DNA from: Candidatus Hermodarchaeota archaeon
GTDB lineage: Archaea > Asgardarchaeota > Heimdallarchaeia > Hodarchaeales > Hodarchaeaceae
Assembly: GCA_048886185.1 (NCBI GenBank)
Contig: JBHLKY010000006.1
Location: 30,001-62,000 of the forward strand
Direction of reading: 5' to 3'
Length of the DNA: 32,000 nucleotides
The translations under genes were made by a program, and so were the position numbers. The notes under the pieces are model-generated. The model ran no database searches. It was not told where the DNA came from and saw nothing but the letters and a program-made list of their open reading frames with translations. Numbering within the stretch: the stretch's first letter is position 1; the number at the start of each line of letters is the position of its first letter. This document shows, piece by piece, positions 17,137 through 26,145 of the stretch.

Positions 17137-18467
17137 TGACCTGTTTCCACCTTATTTTTCGATGCTGTATCACTCTCTTTTTCGTCGACTATTAATCCTT
17201 CAATTTTACTGGCAAACCTAGCCCATTGCAACGGATGTACTATCTTTCCATAAAATGTTCTGCCATATATTATAGGAAAATATTCTGTGCACGCTAAGGT
17301 GGGATTACTACTGCTTTGAGAAATAATTCTCTCTAGTTGTTTCTTAGAGGGAACAATAGATTTTTTATTTGTAAGATAGTTGTTACTAAGAAATTCGATT
17401 AATATTGCTGGATCTAAATGGATAAAAGAACAGAAGTAACTTGTTGCAATGGTAGAACACTTGGGAACATCATAATCCTTTTTTCCACCTTCTAATCCAT
17501 ATAAATGGCGTATTTGATAACCTGATGTTCTTTGAAATTCTGCATAAGTGATATTCCGATTATCTACAGATTTTTCAAACCAATAGTGTAATTGATCGTC
17601 AACTGACATCCCAATTTTCTTTAGAAAAAAACCTAATTGAAGGCGGTGGGCATGAATTAACCGTCCTGTACTCTCAAATTCGGAAAATAAAAATATCATA
17701 CACGGTGGAAAGATTTCAGGATGAGATTGTAAATCTTTACCCTCAAATTCATCAGAAGAAAATTGTGAACGGATTTTTGTGTGTTTTGCAAGATTTTGTT
17801 CGATTTCTTGAACCGTTTGATCTATAATTTCATTCATTCCCAATAGATCTTGTGCTTTTTCAATATCGTTTTGAAATTTTTCTTCAAAGGCTTTTTTAAG
17901 ACTTCCCCGAAAAGAATTTTCATTTGAAATGATCCACCCTTTACGAAGATATCCTCTACGATTTGAGACCATCCATGGAACCTGTGAGAAATGTACACAG
18001 ATCAAAAAATCACTTGCTATTCTTCCTCGCCCTGAATGAAACTGGTGATACAACTCTGCCAGATTTTCATTATTGTTTTCATCCATTTCAGATTTGAAAT
18101 CTTCATAATCCATTACATTATTATTTCCAAAGAGATGTCTAAAAATGCTCTTTTTTTGGTCTATAGTTGTCCGATCAGAATATAAGTATTCAAATAAATC
18201 TCCTTCTGACTCTATAAGCCATGCTTCTAAACGCCGATTAGTGGCAGCAATTAATCGAAGTAAATATGCTCCTAAGCGGTAATCGTAATAGTTGTGACTT
18301 AAAGATTCATCCTCTGTTGGTGGAAAATGATCTCGAACAACTCGTGACCGACCTTGGGGTAGCTGTTCCAGAAGCTCAACACGTTTCCATGCAAGTTGTT
18401 TCCATTTAGCGATATCAATATCAAGGTCTGGTGGTGATTGTAAAATGAACCAGTCTGGTAATGACAC
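17133..18467 (-). CDS. priL: DNA primase large subunit, eukaryote-like, with Fe-S domain
   Basis: YLLRLIAA..EAWLIESEGDLF, FPPCM, HAHRLQLGFFLKKIG, YQIRHLYGLEGGKKDYDVPKC..YFC, LACTEYF..HP. Confidence 0.92.
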   Translation of the reverse strand: MSLPDWFILQSPPDLDIDIAKWKQLAWKRVELLEQLPQGRSRVVRDHFPPTEDESLSHNYYDYRLGAYLLRLIAATNRRLEAWLIESEGDLFEYLYSDRTTIDQKKSIFRHLFGNNNVMDYEDFKSEMDENNNENLAELYHQFHSGRGRIASDFLICVHFSQVPWMVSNRRGYLRKGWIISNENSFRGSLKKAFEEKFQNDIEKAQDLLGMNEIIDQTVQEIEQNLAKHTKIRSQFSSDEFEGKDLQSHPEIFPPCMIFLFSEFESTGRLIHAHRLQLGFFLKKIGMSVDDQLHYWFEKSVDNRNITYAEFQRTSGYQIRHLYGLEGGKKDYDVPKCSTIATSYFCSFIHLDPAILIEFLSNNYLTNKKSIVPSKKQLERIISQSSSNPTLACTEYFPIIYGRTFYGKIVHPLQWARFASKIEGLIVDEKESDTASKNKVETGQ

Positions 18468-18573
18468 ATTAAGTCTCTTCTTTGTGCGATTTTGAGCTTA
18501 TTGAAGGTAAAATTTTTCTTGACTCATAGGACAGGGGCTATAAAAATTCTAAGATCCCTTTTCAAAAGTTTTA

Positions 18574-18598
18574 TTGAACTTTTTTATTTTAAGTTCAA
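18574..18598. promoter_or_regulatory. Inverted repeat upstream of priL-priS
   Basis: TTGAACTT-N9-AAGTTCAA in the divergent intergenic region. Confidence 0.3.
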
Positions 18599-18749
18599 GA
18601 TTTTTATTCATCTAATCTAAAAAATACTTCAACTCTTATAAATTAAGGAGTTTTTTCAACTCAATAAGAGTAAAAAATTTGACTTGCAAACCTATGAGAA
18701 GATCATCTTGAAATTAAAAGGAAACATTTCTACTTAAATCCCAGAACTG

Positions 18750-19352
18750 GTGAGTTCAATTCCGAGTATTTATCGTCAGTACTGCATGACAAAGATGGAT
18801 ATAGTTGAACAACTCATTCCGAAGGAAGAGGGTTGTATTCTGGATGTTGGATGTGGTGATATAAATGTTACAGGACATCTTTACTGTCATCGACGTTTGA
18901 GACAAACTAACAGGAGAGTCATAGGACTCGATATTAATCCTGGACAACAAGAAGATGTCATCCAAGCCAGCGCGATGAATATTCCATTTGCGGATCAATC
19001 AATTGAATATGTGGTATCCTTTGATGTGATCGAGCATATTACGGACTATTCCGTAGTGATTGAAGATATGTTGAGGGTAGCAACTCGCCGTGTCATTATA
19101 ATTGTACCAACAACTAAAAATCAGTTTATCCGACCAATCTTCAATTTTCTTCGTCGAATGTTACGTGGGGTTGATAATTTTATTTTTCAAGGTCATTATT
19201 ATGAATTTTATCCACATGAAATATGTACACTCAAGGGCCACTCATACGCTTGTAAAATGTTTACAATAGATTATCCTATTCTTGGTTCTTCCATTTTTCA
19301 CAGAAAAGGACTAATCACTGCTGGTATTTATGTATTTGATAGAATTAAATAG
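18750..19352 (+). CDS. Class I SAM-dependent methyltransferase (type 11-like)
   Basis: ILDVGCG, IGLDIN, ASAMNIPFADQSIEYVVSFDVIEH. Confidence 0.87.
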   Translation: MSSIPSIYRQYCMTKMDIVEQLIPKEEGCILDVGCGDINVTGHLYCHRRLRQTNRRVIGLDINPGQQEDVIQASAMNIPFADQSIEYVVSFDVIEHITDYSVVIEDMLRVATRRVIIIVPTTKNQFIRPIFNFLRRMLRGVDNFIFQGHYYEFYPHEICTLKGHSYACKMFTIDYPILGSSIFHRKGLITAGIYVFDRIK

Positions 19353-19376
19353 ATAAATGGTTTAACATCTAGAGAT

Positions 19377-20552
19377 CTAGGTTGAAATCTCTTCTAAATC
19401 TTTGGAAGTCACCCGAGTTTTTCCTGCAATATAAACTAAAAGCCCTACAAGAATAATAAAATAAAACTTAACTAATTGAACTAATATTGCTCCTGCTGCA
19501 GCAGGTGTTGTTCCCAAATTAAGGCCTAGTTCCAAAAAAACTGTTAATGTAACCTCCTTCAACCCAGCCATCCCAGGAATACCAACAGGAATGGCATCTA
19601 TTGTTCCTCCAAGAAAATTAACCGCAGCGACCTGATCAAGCAATATAGGAATTCCAATAGAATGGAGAATAAAATAAATCGCAATCCAGTGAGCAATTTG
19701 AGAAAAGAAAGCTAAAATAAGTGCTAGAAGGGATAATACCTTATTCTGGGCTAAATATTTAAACTGGATACTAAAATCATCTATGATTTGTTCACTTGGC
19801 TGTATAACATTATTCATAAATTTCCCAATAAGAGGCACGGGAGACAAAGTATTCAAAACAACTGCTACGACCTTTTTTACAGAAGTAGGACTTATTACGA
19901 TAAGAAAGAAAAAAGCTATTATTATTAGAGATAATAAGGAGATCATTAAAATGAAAGTAAATGCGACATCGTTAGATAATGGTTGTCCAGTTCTATTTTC
20001 AATAATATCACTAAAATACATTAACATAGCAAAAGCCACAAAGATTGAGATAGGAATGAAAGCAATCAGACCACAGAGTCTATGAGCTACAACACTGTAT
20101 AATATTTCTCCACTAGTTGCTTTACGATCTGCTTTTTCATTAATAAACTCTTTAGTTCCCAAGACAATCTTCATCAGACTCTCAATGGCTCCAGCACTAG
20201 GAATTAGTAGTCCGTAGGAAAATGACGCAAGTTGAATACGATAAACTGATGAGGTTGATGGACGAATAGAGGAAATTCCTAACAGAATTTTCCAAGCAAG
20301 AGTATCAAATAAAAGAGCAATGAATGTGAAAAGCGCCCCTGGAACTAAAATAAAGAGATTTGCATTAAACATAATTTCAAGCATTGTAAAAATACTTACG
20401 TTTCCTAGATATAAATAGATTAATAGAACTAATGCAGCAAAACCCAGTAAAAATATAGTTCTTTTGTCAAACGCTTTTCGTAGAGAGATCTCAGTCTCTT
20501 TAGTAACCGATTCTGATGAGGGTTCCACTAAATCGACCTCTGAAGTGGTCAT
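19377..20552 (-). CDS. Second UPF0104 / flippase-like membrane protein
   Basis: Multi-TM protein with LIPSAG, VVAHRL and IPVGIPGMAGLKE, the PGGxGxxE-like motif of the family. Confidence 0.78.
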   Translation of the reverse strand: MTTSEVDLVEPSSESVTKETEISLRKAFDKRTIFLLGFAALVLLIYLYLGNVSIFTMLEIMFNANLFILVPGALFTFIALLFDTLAWKILLGISSIRPSTSSVYRIQLASFSYGLLIPSAGAIESLMKIVLGTKEFINEKADRKATSGEILYSVVAHRLCGLIAFIPISIFVAFAMLMYFSDIIENRTGQPLSNDVAFTFILMISLLSLIIIAFFFLIVISPTSVKKVVAVVLNTLSPVPLIGKFMNNVIQPSEQIIDDFSIQFKYLAQNKVLSLLALILAFFSQIAHWIAIYFILHSIGIPILLDQVAAVNFLGGTIDAIPVGIPGMAGLKEVTLTVFLELGLNLGTTPAAAGAILVQLVKFYFIILVGLLVYIAGKTRVTSKDLEEIST

Positions 20553-20622
20553 GAGGCGAGACCTTCATATATTCTTTTGCTAAAATACATTATGCACCAA
20601 TCCTGCCACAAGATGGTTTGAA

Positions 20623-21795
20623 ATGAATATCCCAGATTTAGTCTTTGTCTATTTGGGGCCTATTCTATACAACCTTCTTTTCATCTCATTGTGGATCCTC
20701 TGGTTTATGTACCATCGTGAGGAAGAAAATACTAGGGTAAAACGTTTTTTCAAATGGTATCTTCAAAATGATAAATGGTTCTATCCCATAACAGGATGTT
20801 TAATTGTTATATTTCTATATCTATTGTTCTCTTATGCGATAATAAACACTGATGTCGATGATGCTATAACATCTGCAGTTCAGGCTTTTCTAAACGGAAC
20901 CAATCCCTATCAGGAAGACGTTGTAGAGCATTTTATAGACTCTAAAATGGTTCTAGGTCGTTACCATTATTTTCCTCCTGATTTACTCACATATAGTCTC
21001 TTTTATATCTTAGTTGGTCGCATATTTTCTTCCCTTGGCACATATTGGTTTGTACCCTTACACTTTATATTAATAGTTCCTGGATATTGGATAGTTACCC
21101 AGGTTGTAGACTGGCCTCATAATAGATTATTTCCATTTACTCTACTTCTTATTACTCCCTTCTTATTTACCAATTCGATGCTTATGTGGTTTTTTTTCCT
21201 TATTGGCTATTATTTTTATGAGAAAAAGGAACAACACACACTCGGTATGGTATTCTATGTGATAGCAGCCTCGGTCAAATACATGGTTGGATTTATCATA
21301 CTCTTTTATTTTATCCAAAGCTTAAGGGAGCTATTTACAGAGGGAAAATTGATTAACGATTTACAGCTAATTGGCCAGAAATTATCACCATTTATAGTTT
21401 CTAGTTTCATCCTGACATTATTTTGTCTGCCATTTGGGCTCTTTGATGTTTTAACCTCGGTCTTTATTTATCAGGGGGTTCCTCAGTCTAGGGAAGATGT
21501 CGCGCAAGCAGTGGGGCCTCTATTAATCGAAATACTTAACCTCATGAATTTAAAATCGCTCTATATTCCTATTGCTACAGCCATCATCGCTATAGCTTTA
21601 CTATTATTAATAAAAAGTCCCCCATATGACCAGATCATGCATATCTCTTTCCTTGCTATGATCATCCTCCCTTTCTACGCAACAGAGCTCTTTATCATCC
21701 TTCCTTTTTATTTTTGGTTCAAAGAAGGAGCTAAATCTATTGTAGTCAATACGAATAAAGAACTATCATATGAGCTTTTTTCCCATCCCATGTAA
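20623..21795 (+). CDS. Polytopic membrane protein, probable GT-C fold glycosyltransferase (GT87/DUF2029-like)
   Basis: About 10 TM helices; first external loop DVDD..AVQAFLNGTNPY..YHYFPP; later ASVKY. Confidence 0.55.
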   Translation: MNIPDLVFVYLGPILYNLLFISLWILWFMYHREEENTRVKRFFKWYLQNDKWFYPITGCLIVIFLYLLFSYAIINTDVDDAITSAVQAFLNGTNPYQEDVVEHFIDSKMVLGRYHYFPPDLLTYSLFYILVGRIFSSLGTYWFVPLHFILIVPGYWIVTQVVDWPHNRLFPFTLLLITPFLFTNSMLMWFFFLIGYYFYEKKEQHTLGMVFYVIAASVKYMVGFIILFYFIQSLRELFTEGKLINDLQLIGQKLSPFIVSSFILTLFCLPFGLFDVLTSVFIYQGVPQSREDVAQAVGPLLIEILNLMNLKSLYIPIATAIIAIALLLLIKSPPYDQIMHISFLAMIILPFYATELFIILPFYFWFKEGAKSIVVNTNKELSYELFSHPM

Positions 21796-21813
21796 ACTCA
21801 CAAGATCAGAATA

Positions 21814-22056
21814 TCAACGCTTTCTATCAGCTATAGTAGTAATAACAGAAATACTACGTACAGAAAAGCGATCATCAACATAAAGAATGCGAACATGCTT
21901 CTCTTCAGAATCAGTGAGACCATGAATGTCAACCACTTGACACACTCCAGAAATAGAAGGTTTGTAATCGTTCCTATTCATCTTTAATGGGATGGCTTTC
22001 CTGCAAACAGAACAGGGTTCACAATTAAGATCCACTAGATCACTCTTTGAGGACAT
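21814..22056 (-). CDS. Small hypothetical protein, possible metal-binding (CxxC + His + His)
   Basis: CSVC, DIHG and KHVRILYVDD..VRS in 80 aa; ATG start; no competing ORF. Confidence 0.6.
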   Translation of the reverse strand: MSSKSDLVDLNCEPCSVCRKAIPLKMNRNDYKPSISGVCQVVDIHGLTDSEEKHVRILYVDDRFSVRSISVITTIADRKR

Positions 22057-22298
22057 TATCCGTCTCGCCTGATGTGCTTTCGTGAAAGAACTCCAATCAG
22101 CTTAGCTTCAAAAACCTTTGCAAATTCTTTTTCTTGTTTCTTGCAAACATCCTCATATTAATGACCTTTTTAATTCCAAATTTCCCTTGTTTCTCTTAAA
22201 ACCGATATTCTACTTATTACATAAATTTAAATAAGAATATTTTTTCTAAAATCCTTAAACAACCAGATAATTTAACTGAAGAATCAGGAGATTTACCT

Positions 22299-22637
22299 GT
22301 GGATGATGAGGAACCTGTTGTTGACACTCCTTGGGGTAAATTAATCACATCTAAAGGATTGAGAATTCTCCTTACAGGATTTGAAAATGATTTAGAGAAA
22401 ATAGGAAAGAGTATTTCTCGTATTGAAACAAGACTAAATGAAATTGAAGGTACGCAATCGAATGAAAATCTTAAAAGCCGAATTCAGGCAATTGAAGGGT
22501 CTTTAAAGTCACTTGAAGATGAAATACAGCAATTTCGAGACAAACAGACAGCATTTGCTGCTCATATGAAAAAAACCCTCCAACTCTTCTATTCCAAGCT
22601 GGATGAAATCACGATTCAAAAGAAGACGGAGGAATGA
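22299..22637 (+). CDS. Small coiled-coil hypothetical protein
   Basis: GTG start after SD AGGAGA; heptad pattern over about residues 30-105; no TM segment. Confidence 0.7.
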   Translation: MDDEEPVVDTPWGKLITSKGLRILLTGFENDLEKIGKSISRIETRLNEIEGTQSNENLKSRIQAIEGSLKSLEDEIQQFRDKQTAFAAHMKKTLQLFYSKLDEITIQKKTEE

Positions 22638-22640
22638 ATT

Positions 22641-24896
22641 TTATAGAAGATTACTATCCCCTGAAGAGTTTAAAATAGTTTGAATTCGTATAGCTAGTTT
22701 TTTGCCAATTTGTGGAACAGCCATTAATTCATCTAGATCCGCTAAAGCAATAGCTTGAATGGTTTGAAATTTCTCCAATAATCCTTTCGCTTTTGCAACA
22801 TTAATCCCAGGAATCGCTGCTAACATAAATAGTTGAATTTCTCTAATATTTTGTTCTTTTTTTGATACAGTAGGTAATGAGTATTCAACAGAAGCATCTC
22901 CTTGCTCATGCTTAGCCAGTTGGTACAGAAGTGCCGCAGTTTCTGAATCAGTTCTAGTAAATACTATAGGAATCTGAAAATCAAGAATTATAGAACTAAT
23001 TGCACCCATAAAGCTATTTATATGAATTTGACGTTCGATTGCATCTATTTCTACCTGAATCAACAGCAAAGGGAACTTTTGTTGAGCCAATCGTGCCAAT
23101 TGGGAGTCTTGATTTGGTGAGGGGGGTTGAAATAATCTTCCATCTATGATAGAATCCACAAAATCTGAATAGGACTTTCGTTCAACCACTAAACGATTTG
23201 AAAGAACGTAATCACCCACTTCTAACTCTTGGGAATGTAAATGAACACCTTGTTGTTTTAATAATTTTGGTACACGACTCGTTGTTTCTCGAGTGTCAAC
23301 AATAATGTGAGGTTCAGAGGATTCCTCCTTACTTGTATCTTTCTTGTCTTTTTCCTCAAAAAAACTGTCTAATGTTCCTTGACTTTCTCCTCCTTTGGTT
23401 TTCAGTAAAAATGGGAGTTCTTTTTTTAGAAATTTACTCATTTTCTTATTCTTTCTTTTGATTGCCCAGTACATAGCTTCATCACGAGTACCCTTGGTTA
23501 CAAGATGAATGACTCGTGATCTTTTCTTCCTTCCTCTTCCTTGACGTTGAATTGCCCTAACAACAGAAGGTACAGAATCATAAAACACAACTAGATCGCA
23601 ATTTCCGACATCTAATCCTTCTTCGCCAACTGAAGTGCTAAGAAGAATCCTCACATCACCTTGTTTGAAACTCTCAACAATATCAATCTGTTGCTTTTGT
23701 GATAGTCCTCTATCCTCCTTCGTACTCGAATGGCCTATGAATATTCCTGCTTCAATATTATTTTTAGACAATTCTTCATTGAGGAATCTGATCGTATCGC
23801 GGTAATTACTGAATATAATAATCCTAGAATCCTGAGTAGTGCCTAGTTTTGATATCTCGTTGATTTCATTTATTAAATGTTTGAGCTTGGGGTGGATTAT
23901 TGGCTTTTCTGATAACATTCTTTCAAGTTGAATGATCCTAGGGTCTCCCAGAAATGACTTTAATGCTTTTGATGAAACTTTTCGGCGCCATTTTTGAATA
24001 CTGAATAGTGCTTGAGGAAATCCTTGGCTTTCCACGAGTTCTTTAAGATGTTGTACACGAATTAGGTTCGAACTGTGTACTAAAAACTCACCAAAAGCGG
24101 GATTCTCCTTTGTAAGCATCACAATCCGCTGATGAATTCCTAGAGCTTCTTTCTTACCAATATATCTCAAGTCTAGATTCCCTGGAATATGCTCTTTCAT
24201 GTCTTGTACTAATTCATCCTGATAACTCTGTAATTCTTTGAGAACTGTCTCATATTCTACGGGAAGTTTAATCCAAATGACTTTAGGGGTGTGAATGGAA
24301 ATATATTCACTAACATCTAGATCAGAAGTGTCTGTAACTGATATCTTGGAAATTTGGAGATTTTCACAAACTTCGAGTATTTTGTCAGGATTATTACCAG
24401 GGGTTGCTGTAAAACCGATAATCTGACAATTGGCTTGTTTTGCAATTCCCACATACGCATAATCCCCAGTTGCTCTATGTACCTCATCAATACAAAGCAA
24501 CACAACATTTTGAAAACTAAATCGATTAAAAGTGATGTCATTTTCGATAGTTTGGGGTGTCCCTACAATGATTTTAGCAGTTGGATAAAATTTTTCTCGT
24601 TTTGTAGGAGGAACTTCTCCTGAAACCTCGAGAATCATATCAGGATTCAAATTTCCAATGAATTCCAGAAACATCTCTTTAATCTGATGAACCAATGGCC
24701 GTGTGGGTGTTAATATGAGGATCTGTTTAGTAGGATCTTTTTTCAGATGATAGGCAGCTAAATACGCCATGATCACTGTTTTCCCCAATCCTGTTGGAAG
24801 GACGACCAATGTGTTCCCTGGATGAGTAACACACTCAGAAAAGATAACTTGTTGGTAGATTCGTGGTTCAGTGGCACTGGTTAAGGATTCATCCAA
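22641..24896 (-). CDS. hef: Hef helicase/nuclease (FANCM/XPF family): SF2 helicase + ERCC4 + HhH2
   Basis: LPTGLGKT, PTRPLVHQ, DEVHRATGDYAY, TATPG, HPKL, TSVGEEGLD, QRQGRGR; nuclease motif GDY..VERKS..D; two HhH motifs (IPGI, VPQIG). TTG start after SD GAGGT. Confidence 0.95.
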   Translation of the reverse strand: MDESLTSATEPRIYQQVIFSECVTHPGNTLVVLPTGLGKTVIMAYLAAYHLKKDPTKQILILTPTRPLVHQIKEMFLEFIGNLNPDMILEVSGEVPPTKREKFYPTAKIIVGTPQTIENDITFNRFSFQNVVLLCIDEVHRATGDYAYVGIAKQANCQIIGFTATPGNNPDKILEVCENLQISKISVTDTSDLDVSEYISIHTPKVIWIKLPVEYETVLKELQSYQDELVQDMKEHIPGNLDLRYIGKKEALGIHQRIVMLTKENPAFGEFLVHSSNLIRVQHLKELVESQGFPQALFSIQKWRRKVSSKALKSFLGDPRIIQLERMLSEKPIIHPKLKHLINEINEISKLGTTQDSRIIIFSNYRDTIRFLNEELSKNNIEAGIFIGHSSTKEDRGLSQKQQIDIVESFKQGDVRILLSTSVGEEGLDVGNCDLVVFYDSVPSVVRAIQRQGRGRKKRSRVIHLVTKGTRDEAMYWAIKRKNKKMSKFLKKELPFLLKTKGGESQGTLDSFFEEKDKKDTSKEESSEPHIIVDTRETTSRVPKLLKQQGVHLHSQELEVGDYVLSNRLVVERKSYSDFVDSIIDGRLFQPPSPNQDSQLARLAQQKFPLLLIQVEIDAIERQIHINSFMGAISSIILDFQIPIVFTRTDSETAALLYQLAKHEQGDASVEYSLPTVSKKEQNIREIQLFMLAAIPGINVAKAKGLLEKFQTIQAIALADLDELMAVPQIGKKLAIRIQTILNSSGDSNLL

Positions 24897-25263
24897 ATTA
24901 AACCTACCTCACTCAAATAACCTTAATATTTTCTAAGACAATTGAATTCCTGAGTTACTTAAGCGTTATGCGTTTTAACAATATACATCTTCTTATCTCA
25001 ACCTTGCACTAAAAAACCCAGAGAGTGCTTAATACAAAGTAAAGAATTAAAAAACAACGATTTATCCATTCAATCCCACTTTAAAATGATAATGGCAAGA
25101 GTTGGACAAGGAGAAGCTTCGAGCCTATAGTAATATCCCTGAAAGCCAATAATTCATAGATTAAGTATCAGATAAGCTAACTTCGCTAAGAGTAGATTAG
25201 ATTTCTTTAGAAAAATATCTTTAAAAATCAAGAAAAACATAACTCCTCAAAATTCATCGATTA

Positions 25264-26106
25264 ATGAAAAAAGTGAAAAAAATGACAGAAAAAGAAGAAA
25301 CTCAAGAAGAAGTGATACCTATTACTGAAATAGAACGTAAAATCACCGTAGACCTATGGAAAACTAAGTTACATGGAGAAATAGTCGGAATAAAGCAAAA
25401 GGAAGAATATATGGCAAAATCTCGCCAATTTTCACGAGATCTTGAACTCATTGGAGAGGTTAAGGAAAAAAAGAAAGGAGAAGAAGAGACAATTGGATAT
25501 GTTGGTTATCGGAAGGGCCTATGGGATGAAGAGAAAGATGAATTGGAAAGACGATTAGTAATCAAGCTATTTTCTAAATCAATGTACTATCAAGGAACTT
25601 TAGAAGAAATGGTTGGACGTGAGTTTACTCGTTCTCTCTCAGCGAGACATGATTTTCCAAGTTTTAATTTAATGATTGACGATTATGACTATTTGATTCC
25701 ATTAAATAAAATTCGTGGCGGATGGTTTGTTCCAGAATGGTTTGTTTTCCGTATTGATGATGAAGAAGGATTTATCCCTATAATTTTGAAGCATAAAATG
25801 GGTCTTGGTATTGATTATCGTGTTGTGAATGGAATCGGGGACTCTCAGTTTGGTATTATTGATGGAAAAAAATTCGATATTGGAGGTAAATATGAAATCA
25901 CACTAAAAGCGACTGATAAGCGTCTTGTTGATAATGTTCTTGTACGTGTTTTAATCCTCTTTGCCACATCCTTGAAGTTTCATGAGGATATTTTCAAGAA
26001 AATCAAAAAAGGGACTAAAAAAATGAAAAAAAATGAATGGTTTCCTCAACTTTCAAATGAGGAGAAACTTCTTCGTCGTAATCCCCGAGCCATCCTTCAA
26101 AAATAG
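25264..26106 (+). CDS. Hypothetical beta-rich protein, possible Tubby/LURP/scramblase fold
   Basis: 280-aa ORF (start may be ATG 25282). Repeated short beta-strands and a hydrophobic C-terminal helix. The fold is an inference. Confidence 0.7.
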   Translation: MKKVKKMTEKEETQEEVIPITEIERKITVDLWKTKLHGEIVGIKQKEEYMAKSRQFSRDLELIGEVKEKKKGEEETIGYVGYRKGLWDEEKDELERRLVIKLFSKSMYYQGTLEEMVGREFTRSLSARHDFPSFNLMIDDYDYLIPLNKIRGGWFVPEWFVFRIDDEEGFIPIILKHKMGLGIDYRVVNGIGDSQFGIIDGKKFDIGGKYEITLKATDKRLVDNVLVRVLILFATSLKFHEDIFKKIKKGTKKMKKNEWFPQLSNEEKLLRRNPRAILQK

Positions 26107-26145
26107 AAAATGGCCATTTCTGCACCTTCTGAAAAAATTAGATGA

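Noticed and set aside
18468-18749. Replication origin next to primase
   Set aside because: No ORB-like GTTCCAGTGGAAAC..GGGG boxes and no cdc6/orc1 gene in the window.
22057-25263. Possible small ORFs or RNA genes in the intergenic gaps 22057-22298 and 24897-25263
   Set aside because: Only short frames interrupted by stops; no tRNA cloverleaf or C/D box pair that I could support.
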